A stretch of DNA of 64,000 bases. It comes from Basidiobolus meristosporus CBS 931.73 (taxonomy: Eukaryota > Fungi > Basidiobolomycota). Within the stretch, counting starts at the first letter, position 1. The number at the start of each line of letters is the position of its first letter. The stretch covers positions 62,001-126,000 of the forward strand of contig MCFE01000068.1 in NCBI GenBank assembly GCA_002104905.1. Direction: 5' to 3'. The notes under the pieces were generated by a model that did not search any database, was not told the origin of the DNA, and worked only from the letters and a program-made list of their open reading frames with translations. Position numbers and translations under genes: made by a program. Shown piece after piece: positions 50,708 through 63,306 of this stretch.

Positions 50708-51792
50708 GAGAAATGTGTCAGGAGCATTATGAAGAGTAAATAAAGCAAGGAAAGCACTACTCTGAGCAACATAAGTACAATTGAGTAAAATTACCAGTAA
50801 CTATATCCTACCACTGGCATTATGGTAGAGATTATAGTACCAGATAGTGCCTAAGAGTGCCAGATCAATCCAGCACTATAAACAGGCTGACACTATGTGG
50901 CACTATCCAACAGAACAAGTTTAATTGTGACAAAGACAAAAGAGTATCTTTGCCTGTACAAGATCAAATTTGGGAAGGAATGAAATATAATAAAAGATAC
51001 CTTCTCTGAATATTCTTCACAAGTAGTGCCTCCAAGGTCAGTTGGCTGTCAACATGGTTTCCTGGGAGTGTCCTGTGGTCTGGTATTGGAAGTTCAGGTT
51101 GCAGCAGGTAGCAGTGATCATACTAATCAACAAGTTGGTATATTGATAAAAGTGATGATGATTTATTGTTGAGGGATTGCCTCCCTTATATACTTTTCTC
51201 ACTGGCTAAGTGATTATTAATATGGTGTTTCAGAAAGTTCTGGAGATCAATAGAAATCCTAATGACATCAGAATAAGCTAAGAGTATTCTAAGCTGGTGC
51301 TGGATAGTTCTAAGAGGCACAGCACATCCAACCAATCAGGAATCTGTTCTCTGAAACCTGTGTAACATAGGTATACCATATATGGTATAGAATGGTAGGG
51401 ATTATGACATGCAATAACCATGTGTCATAGGTACTGGCACAGGTGCCAGGCTAATATAGAAGCACTTACAGCTAGTAAGCTTATATAAAGTGAGGGATAA
51501 CTTATGCAATAAGGTAAGCAGGTGTCATAGTCAGCCAGCTTATGGGATAGTACTGATCAAATAAGACAAATGGGATAAAACTAAAATTAGTTTAGCAGAG
51601 AAAGAGGGAAGCAGGACATATGGGAATGAGCACATCTGTCAGTGGGTGTCACTATGTCCCCACTACACTGTCATAAGATTGTCAAGAGGGCCACTAATTC
51701 CAAGCTGCTGGTATTATGGTAGTCTCCAAATGGGATCCTGATGCCTCATCTGGATTGGTTCCACCTGCAGGACCAAGTTATTTTTCATAGGG

Positions 51793-53206
51793 GACCATGC
51801 CTTTGCCTTAGCACTTGATGAATTCTTACTGAACAAGTACTCAATCAGCAAATCCTGCTGGCCACTGATTGTTATCAACCTCAATTTGCCACTAACACAA
51901 ATGGTATTAGAGCAGAAATCTGATGGTGATCTCACTGGCTTCTAGGCCTAGAGCACTGCCCAACCTGGACAGCTACTAGTACCTGCTGATGAATGAATTC
52001 TTTATGCTTTCCAGCAGGATACTTCTAAACAGCCATCATAGCAAAGCTCATATAATTATTTGCACTGGAGATACCCCACCCATTAGCAAGATAGCTGGCT
52101 TTTCTAGGCACAATGCATGGTATTGTAGTTGAATATGTAAGATTCAGAAGACTTACTATATTACTCACACATATTACTGGTATCCAAACATAAACACTAA
52201 GAATATCATCTTCCTACAGAGGGAATGTACATAAGTGAGAATGCAATTGCAGTAAAGCTGGTGAGCTATAAGCCATTGATCAGAGTATGGAGTTAATTGG
52301 AAACCTGAGATACTTAAGATAGTGTGTATATGCTGTAGCAAAAGCTTTGCACTGGGAGCAATGCATTGTCTGTTCAACAGTATTACTACACTAATGACCA
52401 AGTTGTACATGGGACATTTTGCTTTGAACAACCCCTTCAGGATACCAGAGAAACTTGGAAGAATTGGCAACATATTACTGAGAATTTGCTTCACAAAAAA
52501 CTTCCCACATGGTCCAATCAGTATTCATACACATATGCAACAATACAAATGTAAGGACTGGATGAACTAGATATGTGTTTATTCAAGCAGCCTTCTGAAG
52601 CCATTTCTACCATAAGTACATTTGAAGCATTGGAAGTCATATGCTGACATTGTAAGAATATTTATCCAGAAGCAAATCACCATTACCAAGCTGACACATC
52701 TACAGCTTTTATGCAAGGTGTTTGTAACAGAATTTGAGCAGCTGTACCACAAGCATAAAGCTGAGCATGTAGGTCTCTGCCACTGCTGTATCAATTCTCT
52801 ACTCCATCTTCCTTAGTGTGTTGAAGATATTAGGCCTTACTTCACTATTTGGGAGTTTCCTATGGAGCAGATATGTGGCAAGATAGGAAGAAGAGTCAAG
52901 TTGTGGGTACTACCATATCCTAATCTCATCAAGCTTATTACCTTCAAGTCCATCATGAATGCAATGAGTTGGCACTTGGAGCATAGCCAGAATGAGTTGG
53001 AAAACATTAGGGACAGATGTGCACATGGATACACTTATGCCTCTGGCATTAATAAGCCAAGCAGCCTCAATGCATGGGTAATCATGCAAGTAATGCAGAG
53101 TTGGGCTGGGCACAATAACCAGCTAATTTTGGCTAGGACAACTCCACCAAATGATTCCAGGTTTCTCCTGGTCACTAGCCAATCTCTACACCATTTAAAA
53201 CAAAAT
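51793..53206 (+). pseudogene. CMC transposase middle fragment
   Basis: Begins DHAFALALDEFLLNKYS..WPLIVINLNLP; continues GAMHCLFNSI, YKCKDWMN, PMEQICGKIGR. Confidence 0.8.
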
Positions 53207-56200
53207 CCCTATGAAATATAATTTGGTCCTGCAGGTGGATCTGATCTGGATCAGCTGTCAGGATCTTGTTCAGAAACCATTAGAATGCCAGCAGCTTGGA
53301 ATTAGTGATCCTCTTAACAATCTTATGACAGGATCACAACAGTGCTTTGCTAATTTTACAACTAAATAAAGGGATAAACTTGACAAGATTTATTTAGTGC
53401 TGTGACAATAATTGCATGGTATTGTTGCAGTGTTTCAGTTCTCTACAACTATTTTAAGTAGATCCAACCAGCCAGGACATCCAGTTGCCTTATATGCCAA
53501 GAAACTTGATGGTATCTTTACAGCCTCTCCACAAGACTCTGATGGCATTACATCAGCAGTATGTTGGCCTACAGCTGGTTCTGTATAATGCTACTGTACC
53601 AATTGGCAAAACGGTATTTCCTTTTTCTACCTTCCCTTGTACAATTTATATATTCCACTGTTAAATCACCCCTCTTTATTTGCATACTCACTACTATCTT
53701 GGGTATTCCATATGTTGTTTGAATCAAAAAAACTATGACCTCTTGCTTACTAACCTCTACAAATGCTCACACCTGCTGCATTTGATATACTTCTATCACC
53801 TCAACTTTACACTTTTCAGTGTGATACTTGCAAAGTTGCCATACACCTTGTACTGCTGGTAACATATACATCTTGCAAACATATGCTTGGTTGATGCCAC
53901 TTCTGCCATTAATATCTCCTGAATATCTGCAGAGAACTTCTTGGTATTTAGCCCATATATTCCTTCTCTCTGTTGGATTCTGGCACCCTTATAGATGCGC
54001 TCTGGCTTTTGTTTGTGTGAACTCTGCATTGAATGGTGTAGAAGTTGGCTTGTGACCATGAGAAATCCAGCATATCTTGGTACAGTTTTCCTAATAAGAG
54101 TTAGTTGCTTGTTACACCCAACCCATCTTTGCACTACTTAACTGATTACCCACGCACTGATTACCCACATATTGGGGCTGCTTAGCTTCTTAATGCCATA
54201 GGCATAGGTGTATCCATGTGCACATTTGTCATCAGTATTTTCCAACTCTTCCTGTCTATCCTCCATGCGCCAACTCATCATATCCATGACAGACTTGAAG
54301 GTAATACTCTTGATGAGACTGGGATATGGTAGTACCTGCAACTTAAGTTGTCTTCTTATCTCCCCTCATATCCACTCCATAGAAAACTCACAAAAGGTGA
54401 AGCAAGGCCCAATATTCTCCACAAACTGTGCAAGATGGAGTAGAGAATAGATATAGTAGTGGCAGAGATCTATGCATTCAGCTATATGTTTGTAGTATAG
54501 CTACTCAAATCCTGTCACAAACTCTTTGCACTACAGTTGTAGATGCATCAAGTAGGCATTGGTGATCTGCTTCTGGATAAATATTCCTACAATGTCCACA
54601 TATGACTTCCAATGCTTCCAATGTACTCTTGGTGGGAATGGCTGCAGAATGTCACCTGAATAAATACATATTCAGTTCATCCAGTCTTTGCATTTGTATT
54701 GCCACATATGTGTATGAATATTGATTGGAGCCTGTGAGAAATACTTAGGGTAGCAAATACTCTGCAATATCTTGCCAATTCTTTCAAACTTCTTTGGTAT
54801 TGCAAAGGGCTCATTTAGCTTGAAATGCCCCATGTACAACTTAGTCATTGGTATAGGGATATTGTTGAAAAGCAAATGCACTGCTCCCAGTGGAAAGTTT
54901 TTGCTCCAACAGATACCCTCTATCTTAAGTATGTCCAGTTTCCAATTGATTCCATATTCCGGACAATGGCTTATAGCTTTTCAACTTTGCTACAATTGCA
55001 TGCTGACTTCTGTACATTCTCTCTGTGGAAAGATGATGCTCTTTGTGCTGGTGTTTGGGAAATCATAATGTATGTGAGTTATGGAGCAAATCATCTGGAT
55101 CTCACACATTTGACAGCAATACTGACCTTTGTGCCTGGAAAAACCTGCTATCTTACTGATGGCTGAGTATCTCCAATGCAGATAATATGCACTTTTACAT
55201 GATGGCCATTTATTATTATCCCATTGGAAAACATACAAAACTCATCCAGCAATAGATTCAGATAGCTATCCAGGTTGGACGGTGATTTAGGCCCAGATAC
55301 CTGTGAGACTACCATCAGATTATTGCTCTGATACCATAAGATGGGTGGCATATTCAGATTGATGAGAATCAGCAGCCAGCAGGATTTGCTGGTAGAGTAC
55401 TTGTTTAATGAGAATCCATCAAGTTCTAAAGCAAAGGCATGGTCATACATACCTACAAAGTAGCCCTTGCTTCTTAGCTGTTTTTAATGTTTGCCATCAA
55501 ATTTATTGGGTATGCTTGCGCTTGATTGATACTGAGTGTGGTACTGTATAGCTTTGCAATATTTGTCAGACTGCATCAGCTTCCTCAGACAGGGTATGAC
55601 TGGAATATATCTGGAGTGTGAACAATGTTTTCCCTCAATGGTGGTGGATTCCTGACATTTTGGACACATTGCAATGGTAGCATTTTTGGATGTGAATGCC
55701 ATGCAACTGTTAGCACATGCCGGTGTGGTAGGGTAAACGTACCTCCCACAGACAAGTTTATTCATATTGTCATTATGATATACTTATCCATATTTTATCT
55801 TATCAGTATTATCCCATTCTTCTTTTGCCCATATTATCAGTATTATCCCCATATGATGTTTACCCTGATTGGTTATTAGCATTAGTTATCCCAGATGTTA
55901 TTCAGCTTTGTGATCAGTATATGTATCTACATAAGGCAAGTACCTGCGTCAGTACCCATGACACATGATCTAGGTCTGTGTTACCATCCCTACCATTTCA
56001 ATACCATATATGATATTTCTATGTTGCATAGGCTTCAGACTACTGATTCCTGATTGGTTGGATATGCTGTGCCCTTTAGAATCTTCTAGGACATTCTTGG
56101 CATATTTTTAGCTCATAGTGATGTCATTAAGAATTCCACTGATGCCTAGAATCTTCTAGAACCTTGTCATCAGTAATTACTTGGCAATCAGGAAAAGTAT

Positions 56201-56760
56201 TTAAGGGAAAGCAATCCCTCATCAATAAATCATCCCTTCTATCCATTACACTTCTACCTTATTGATTAGCAGTTGATCACTGCACCTGCCTTCAATAGTA
56301 CATCTCAGACCTGCCATCAATGAGCTTCTCAGGGTAGTGCACAAGACACACAGAGGCCTTTGGAGACACTTGGAGCACCTAGGAAGCTAGAGAAATAGGA
56401 GCTTTTACCATAGTAACATATTGGCAAAGACACCAGCAGTTTAGACACAGTGGTTATTGCACCCATCAGACACCTCACACACCTTGAGTTGTGTAGCTTC
56501 ACCCAGGAGTACCTCTACACCACCACACCGGAATCAGGACAGTCTATAGATCATATATTGCCAGCTGCATGATGGTTGTCCACTTATACCATGTACATGG
56601 TAAGTTGCATCCCGGTACAATTTTGGTAAGAAGTAGCATTAGGTTCTCAAGGCCCCCATTACTGATATTAGTGGAAGCACACCACTTCTCTAGCCACAAG
56701 ATTACATCATTCACCAGTGGATTGGTTACTGGGCTCACTTGGCTCCAGAAAGTATCCTGT
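53207..56760 (-). mobile_element. CMC copy, transposase on minus, 5' part lost, with solo LTR insertion
   Basis: Starts CCCTATGAAATATAATTTGG (53207); ORF 55148-55450 YDHAFALELDGFSLNKY..NLNMPP..SGPKSPSNLDSYLNLLLDEF. Confidence 0.87.
55724..56527 (-). repeat. Solo LTR, family C variant (804 bp), TSD CCGG
   Basis: Ends CACCACCACA (reverse complement of the family C start); 55930-56260 is reverse-homologous to 25210-25530; CCGG at 55720-55723 and 56528-56531. Confidence 0.85.
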
Positions 56761-57058
56761 TTTCAAGCTGCTCAGTCAGTTCTTCCTGATTTCTTTGGGC
56801 TTCTTCCAACATGGAAAGATTTGGATTGCTTGCAGCTGAGGACATCTTGTAAAGCAGTTAGATGTGATGGTATTCAACAAAAAAAATGGTGTATCCAGAG
56901 AAAAATGTAATAAAATCCCTGAATGGTTTAACTGAGCCTAGGGGACAACTAAGTGCAGAATCATAGAATTGTCAGAGAGTGAGGGAAACATTAGCAGAGA
57001 GATTCTGGTCTAATATTTGTCTTGTATATAGTGTTGCAAAAATTTGTAATTCCACCTA

Positions 57059-57560
57059 TCTTCTCTACAAAGCAGTACTCAACTCCTGGCTTTCATCCTG
57101 ACTTCAGGAGTCTGCCCATCCCACTTGCACTTGATCAAGAGAGAATCCATATTGTGCTCAAGAGGCTTCCCAACTCTACTGCCCCAGGTGTGTACACAAT
57201 CACCTATGAGCTTCTGAAGACTAGTACCAAGGCCATGTCTGCACTTCTGCTTCCACTGTGTCAGCAATGCTCAGCCCAGCTTTCTACTCCTGAGGAATGG
57301 TCCTTTGCCAATGTTCTGCCACTGTACAAGGGTAAAGGAAAGCACCTGGATCCTGGCTCCTACAGGCCAATATCTCTGCTGCCCACCTGCAGAAAGGTGT
57401 TTGAGCTTCTGCTTGCTCAGGAGCTCTACTCTGACTCCCTCAAGTTTCATCCTGCACAGTTTGGCTTTGTTCCTGGCCTCTCCTTGGAATATGCAGTCAT
57501 ACTTAGCCAAGATCACTCTCTCCAGTGCAAGTATCCCTCTGTTCTGTTTGATATTACCCT
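57059..57560 (+). pseudogene. Non-LTR (LINE) reverse transcriptase fragment
   Basis: LKRLPNSTAPG, W..ANVLPLYKGKG..DPGSYRPISLLP..RKVFE, QFGFVPG: standard LINE RT N-terminal motifs. Confidence 0.9.
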
Positions 57561-58524
57561 AACTTGGTCTGCAAGCTTAAAAAGTCACTATATGGTCTCA
57601 AACAATCACCAAGAGCCTGGAATTGCAAGATAGATTTGTATTTGGAATCTTTGAATTTCAAAAGGAGTAATGCTGACTATAGTATATACTATAAGCCAGA
57701 TAGAGCAAATACAGTTCTATTAGCTCTATATATGGATGATCTTATTATAGCCACCAATAACCTAGAAACATAGGAACAGACTAAATCCAGTCTATCTAAA
57801 GAGTTCAAGATGTCCAATCTAGGAGGACTCAGTTAATACTTAGGGATAAAGCTCTCCATAGACAGAACTACCCAGACTATCATGCCAAGTAAATTCAAGT
57901 ATAATCAAATATACTAAAGAAGTACTAAATGGAACACTGTAAACCAGCATCTACCCCAATAAAGACAAACCTTAACTTCTCATTCCATACAAGAAGCTAT
58001 AGAGAATAACTTGGTTAGCTTAGTTCACTGTCCATCAGATGAAATGAATGCAGACATATTTGCCAAACCATTAGCTAGAGACAAGCTTGAATATATTAAA
58101 TCAAAATTAGGACTAGTCAGTATGAACATTTAGCTGAGTGAGAGTGTTGTAAAAATTTGTAATTCCACCTAAATATTCACCTAACTTAGTCACTTAGATC
58201 ATTACCCTCAAATCCTGGAGAATACTGGCCAAATTCCTTGTTGGGATTTACTTAGAATATTTTCACTAAAATACCAGGTACCCAGAGCATAAAAATTCTC
58301 AAAGTTGTCCAAACAGCCCCATACTTTGCACACATGTTTTTGGGACCTTCCTTAACCTATTCTATGAGTTTGTAATGCCAAGACCAGGTAAAAGTATAAA
58401 TACTATTCTTACATTCAATTAATTATTATGTGAAAAATACATAATCTACTTGTCCTCCCAATCACTTCCAATATCTCCAAGACTCTTACAACAGGTTGTG
58501 AGCCCCAAGCTGTCACTCTCTGCA

Positions 58525-61500
58525 ATGTCTACTACTGCTATTACTGGAATTTTTCCCTCTGCTGAAAAGTTGGATGTATCTAACTACCAAGTGTGGAAGG
58601 TGAAGATAAGATGCTGCTACAAGAAAGAGGCCTTTGGGATATTGTCATGGGAGAAGAATGCCCCCCTAAAAATGTGGGAGAGGAAGCCTTAAAGTACCAG
58701 AAGAAAGAACAAAGTGCCTTTAACTGCATTTGCCTTAATGTTAAAGACAAATTGCTAATTCAATGCTCAAGAGCAAAAACAGCAACAAATGCCTGGAAGG
58801 CATTAGAAGACACCTACCAGTCATGTTCAGCTGCTAAGAAAATGTATCTGAGACAAAAACTCTTTACTACAAAGATGCTGCCAGCAGAAGAAATGAAAAA
58901 TCTAATTAACAGAATAACCCTGCTGGTAGATGAGATGAAATCTGTGGGCGTACCAACAACTGATGAGGATGTGATAGTTACCATCCTGAATAGCCTGAAA
59001 GTCAGGTTTTAGGGCCTTGTATCAGCCCTAGAGTCCATAACTGAAGATTTGACCTTAAATTACATATATGGAAGGCTCCTGGATGAAGAATTAAGAAAAT
59101 CAAGCGCCAATAAGAAGGAAGAAGAAAATGCTTTAATAGGCAATGATAACCAACAAAGGGGGTACCCAAGACCCTACAAAGGCAACAGCAACCTGTTTTG
59201 TAACTGCTGCAAAAGGAAAGGACACACATCAGACCGGTGTCTCAAAAAGAAAGATAATCAGCAAAAAAAGCCTGAATATGGAAATGCTGCAACAACTCAA
59301 GATAGACTATTCATATCTGCACTAAATATGACCACAAACAAGGATTCTCAGATGTGATATATTGACTCTGGAGCATCTCAACACTTTACACACCAAAAAG
59401 CAGTTTTTACCTAATATCAAGAAATTCCAAGAAGGTTTTCATGGGTGACAACAGAACACTGGATGCAGTGCAAGAAGGAGTTACCCAGGTAAACCTAAGA
59501 AGCAGTGAAGGAAGCCATACACTGACCTTTAGAGAAGTACTCTATGTACCAGATATAGCCAAGAACCTACTATCTGTAAGCAAGGCCACTGCAAAAGGAC
59601 TCAGTTTCAGCTTTGACAATTCAGGATGCAAGATTGCTGATCAAAATGGTGCCCATATTGCTTTGGGTATCAGGGATCAGAACCTATACAAGTTGACTTA
59701 CATTCCAGCATATTTGGAAGCCAATATTAGTAATTTAAATGAAGAAATACCAATGCTTTGGCACAGGAGATTTGGGCACATCAATTTTGATTATTTGGGC
59801 AAAATGATCAATGATCAGCTAATTTCTAGTGTGTGAATTGATCCACCAGCTAGTTTGGAGCACTGTGAAGCCTGCATATATGGGAAACAAGCCAGACAAC
59901 AATTCAAGAGCTCTGGGTCAATCAAAACTAAGAAAAAAGTAGATCTGATTCACTCAGATCTGTGTGGACCTAAAAATTATCCTATGATTTTTGGGCAGAA
60001 TCAGTTGCCACTGATGTATACCTTAAAAGTAGGAGTTATAACAGAATACTTTGTGATTCAACTCCATTTGAAGCATGGTATGGATATAGACCAAGTGCAG
60101 AACATCTAAGAATATTTGGGTGTACAGCATATGCCAAAAAACTGGCTGGAAATCAGTCAAAATTTGAGCCAAAAAGTGTAAAATGCATATTTTTGGGCTA
60201 CTGCAATCAGAGTAAGGTACACAGACTCTACAATACCAAAGCAAGAAGCTGATCAAGTCCAGGGATATGTTGCTTGATGATAGTTCAAAATTTTCACAAA
60301 AAATGACATCAGATGATGACAAAAATCTGATCCCAAGTCCACCAATTGTCAGGATTGAATCAGAGCAAAACAATGAGAGTTTTTTCATTCCAGAGGACTC
60401 TACAACCATGGTTGAGCCAGAATCAGTGCCCAGGAATATCCCAGAAGTGATCATTCCAGTATCAAATGCCTGGAGATCCAATTGGACAAGAAATAGCCCA
60501 AATTACTATATCAATGAGGGTACAAACTTAGCCTATGCCTATTCAGTCCATGTTGATGAGCCCCAGACTGTAAAAGAGGCCCTAAATAGCCCTCAGACAA
60601 AGTTATGTGATCTACAATGACTGAGGAATATCAGGCCCTGATGGAAAATAAAACTTGGGACCTAGTCAAATTACCAATCAACCAAAAATTAATTGGATGC
60701 ATATGGGTCTTCAAGACAAAATACAAGGCTGATGGTACAATTGAAAGATACAAAGCAAGACTTGTAGCCAAAGGATACTCTCAAACAAAAGGACTTGACT
60801 ATACTGAGACCTTTGCACTGGTAGCCAAGTTTAATTCCATCAGATTAATATTGGCAATTGCAGCCAAATATAAGTTTTTATTCATCAAATGGATGTAAAA
60901 ACTGCATTTTTGAATGGAGAACTTGATGAGGACATGTATATGGACCAGCCTGATGGGTTTTCTGACCAAGATAACCCCCCATTTGGTCTGCAAGCTTAAA
61001 AAGTCACTATATGGTCTCAAACAATCACCAAGAGCCTGGAATTGCAAAATAGATTCTTATTTGGAATCTTTGAGTTTCAAAAGAAGTAATGCTTACTATA
61101 GTATGTGCTATAAGCCAGATAGAGCAAGTCCAGCTCTATTAGCTCTATATGTGGATGATCTTATTATAGCTGCCAATAACCTAGAAACATTGGAAGAGAC
61201 TAAATCCAGCCTATCTAAGGAGCTCAAGATGTCCAATCTAGGAGAACTTAGTTACTACTTAGGGGTTAAGTTCTCCATACACAGAAGTACCCAGACTATC
61301 ACCCTAAGTCAATCCAAATATATTCAGGATATACTAAAGAAGTACCAAATGGAAGACTGTAAACCAGCAGCTACCCCAATGGAGACAAACCTTAACTTGG
61401 TCAAAACTCAACCAAATCAAGAGAGCTTGGTGCCATCTGAAAGCCCTTACTTTCCTTATCAATCAATGGTCGGCAGTCTGATGTATATCATGCTTGGAAC

Positions 61501-62128
61501 ATGTCCAGATATCTCATATTCAGTGAGAGTTGTCAGCCAACATAATCAGAACTATGGATCTGATCATATTGCAGCAGTTAAGTGGATTTTTAGATACCTA
61601 AAAGAAACTGCTGATATCTGCTTAAGATACACTTATAAGGATTCAGAAAAGGATCTTGTGGGATACTCTGATGCTGATTGGGGACAAAATTTAGAGGACA
61701 GAAGATCCACCACAGGATACACCTTTCTTTACTGTAAAGGAGCAATTTCATGGAATTCAAGAAAGCAACCAACCGTAGCACTTTCCACCACAGAGGCAGA
61801 GTATATGGCAGCCTGTGAAGCTACAAAAGAAGCAATGTGGTTAAGAAAACTTTTTACAGATTTAGGCCTATGTCAAAAAACACCTATTACTTTATTTCAA
61901 GATAATCAAGGATGTATACAGTTAGGTAGAAATCCAACTTTTCATGCTAGAACCAAGCACATTGATATTAGACATCATTTCATATGTGACACTATAGAGA
62001 ATTACTTAGTTAGCTTAGTTTACTGTCCTACAGATGAAATGATTGCAGGCATATTTACCAAACCATTAGCTAGAGACAAGTTTCAATATCTTAGGTCAAA
62101 ATTAGGACTAGTCAGTATGAGCATTTAG
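58525..62128 (+). pseudogene. copia-B gag-pol; integrase catalytic core deleted near 59970
   Basis: gag with CNCCKRKGHTSDRC, YIDSGASQH, HRRFGH, DLCGP joined directly to the WAESVAT region; [17 protein letters not shown]; RH YSDADWG, TEAEY, KHIDIRHHF. Confidence 0.92.
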
Positions 62129-63034
62129 CTGAGTGGGAGTGTTGTAAGAATTTGTAATTCCACCTAAATATTCAACTAACTTAGTCACTTAGATCATTAC
62201 CCTCAAACCCTAGAGAATACTGACCAAATTCCTTGTCAGGATTTAGAATATTTTCACCAAAATACCAGGTACCCAGATCATGAAAATTCTCAAAGTTGTC
62301 CAAACAGCCCCAAACTTTGCACACATGTTTTTGGGACCTTCCTTAACCTACTCTATGTGTTTGTAATGCCAAGACCAGGTAACAGTATAAATACTACTTT
62401 TACATTCAATAAATTATTAAGTGAAAACCACATAATCTACTTGTCCTCCCAATCACTTCCAATATCTCCAAGACTCTTACAACATATAGCTGGGTTTAGC
62501 TATAAAGGCAACAGAGTTGGTTTGCTATGCAGGCTAGGCTTGGTGTTCTTGAGAGTGCTACATATGCTAGGCTTGGGTAGTAACTAGAACACAGTTGTTG
62601 AATTCTCAATATTTGCTGAGACACAATCTTAACTTAGTTGAGACACACACTAAACCAAAAGGTTTAGTAAGTGTTATTGATACTTTTCTGATCAAGTTGA
62701 ATTAGTAAGTGCCAAGAGACTGGATTAATTGAAATCAGTTTGGGTGTTGATAGGTGCATAAGATAAATGAAAATTGCATCATCAATCAGCCAATGTCTTG
62801 GCAACTGCCAAGTAGCTGGATAGACCTCAGATGACTAATCACCTGGAAAGGCTTAGCAGATCAGGTTGAGGACATAATGACCACATAAAAATTGATTAGG
62901 GGTGACAGCTAGACATAGATTCTGAGAAGTAATAAAATAAATTATAACTTGGATTAGTTATGTTTGGGCTAGGGAAAAGCAGCCAGGGTACTTGATTTTC
63001 TAACTTAGTAAAATTTGCCAAGTTTTTTAAATGA

Positions 63035-63306
63035 TGATGTACAGCAGTATTTATACTTTTACATGATCTTGGCATAACATACACATAGAATAGGTTTAGA
63101 AAGCTCACAAGAACATGTATGCAAAGCTTAGGGCTACTTAGACAACTTTGAGAATTTTCATATTCTGGGAACCTGATATTTTGGTGAAAATAGTTTAAGT
63201 AAATACTAACATGGAATCTGGTCAGTATACTCTAAGATTTGTGGATAATGATCTAAGCAAGCAAGTTAGGTGAATATTTTGGTGGAACTCCAAATTTCTT
63301 ACAACA
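63035..63306 (-). repeat. copia-B LTR fragment, inverted
   Basis: Similar to 45060-45332; ends TTTCTTACAACA. Confidence 0.75.

Larger units (their letters stand above)
47680..50922 (+). mobile_element. PIF/Harbinger-superfamily (PHIS, Pangu-like) DNA transposon, 3243 bp, TSD AAT
   Basis: Empty site visible at about 24985 (GGTCAAT|AGTTACAAAGAC); AAT at 47677-47679 and 50923-50925; imperfect TIR of about 15 bp; DDE_Tnp_4-like ORF plus a divergent ORF. Confidence 0.85.
47353..51667 (+). repeat. Solo LTR family C (about 1069 bp, split by the Pangu-like element), TSD CTGT
   Basis: TGTGGTGG at 47353, CCACTACA at 51667, CTGT at 47349-47352 and 51668-51671; colinear with 24668-25738. Confidence 0.9.
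27960..51792 (+). mobile_element. Outer CMC copy (ORF2-side terminus lost) hosting five nested insertions
   Basis: ORF2 minus at 27960-28425 continues at 40837-42359. Transposase plus 42450-47352 and 51668-51792, ending AGTTATTTTTCATAGGG. Confidence 0.8.
57032..62484 (+). mobile_element. copia-B three-LTR array bounded by a single TSD TATAG
   Basis: LTR stub 57032-57058, RT/RH remnant 57560-58144 plus PPT, LTR 58145-58493, PBS GGTTGTGAGCCC, internal region, PPT GCTGAGTGGGAG, LTR 62140-62484; TATAG at 57027-57031 and 62485-62489. Confidence 0.9.

Noticed and set aside
26-63108. The many 60-150 aa ORFs as host genes
   Set aside because: They are antisense or off-frame shadows of TE sequence. 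CpG loss and repetition explain their recurrence, and none has a recognisable host domain.
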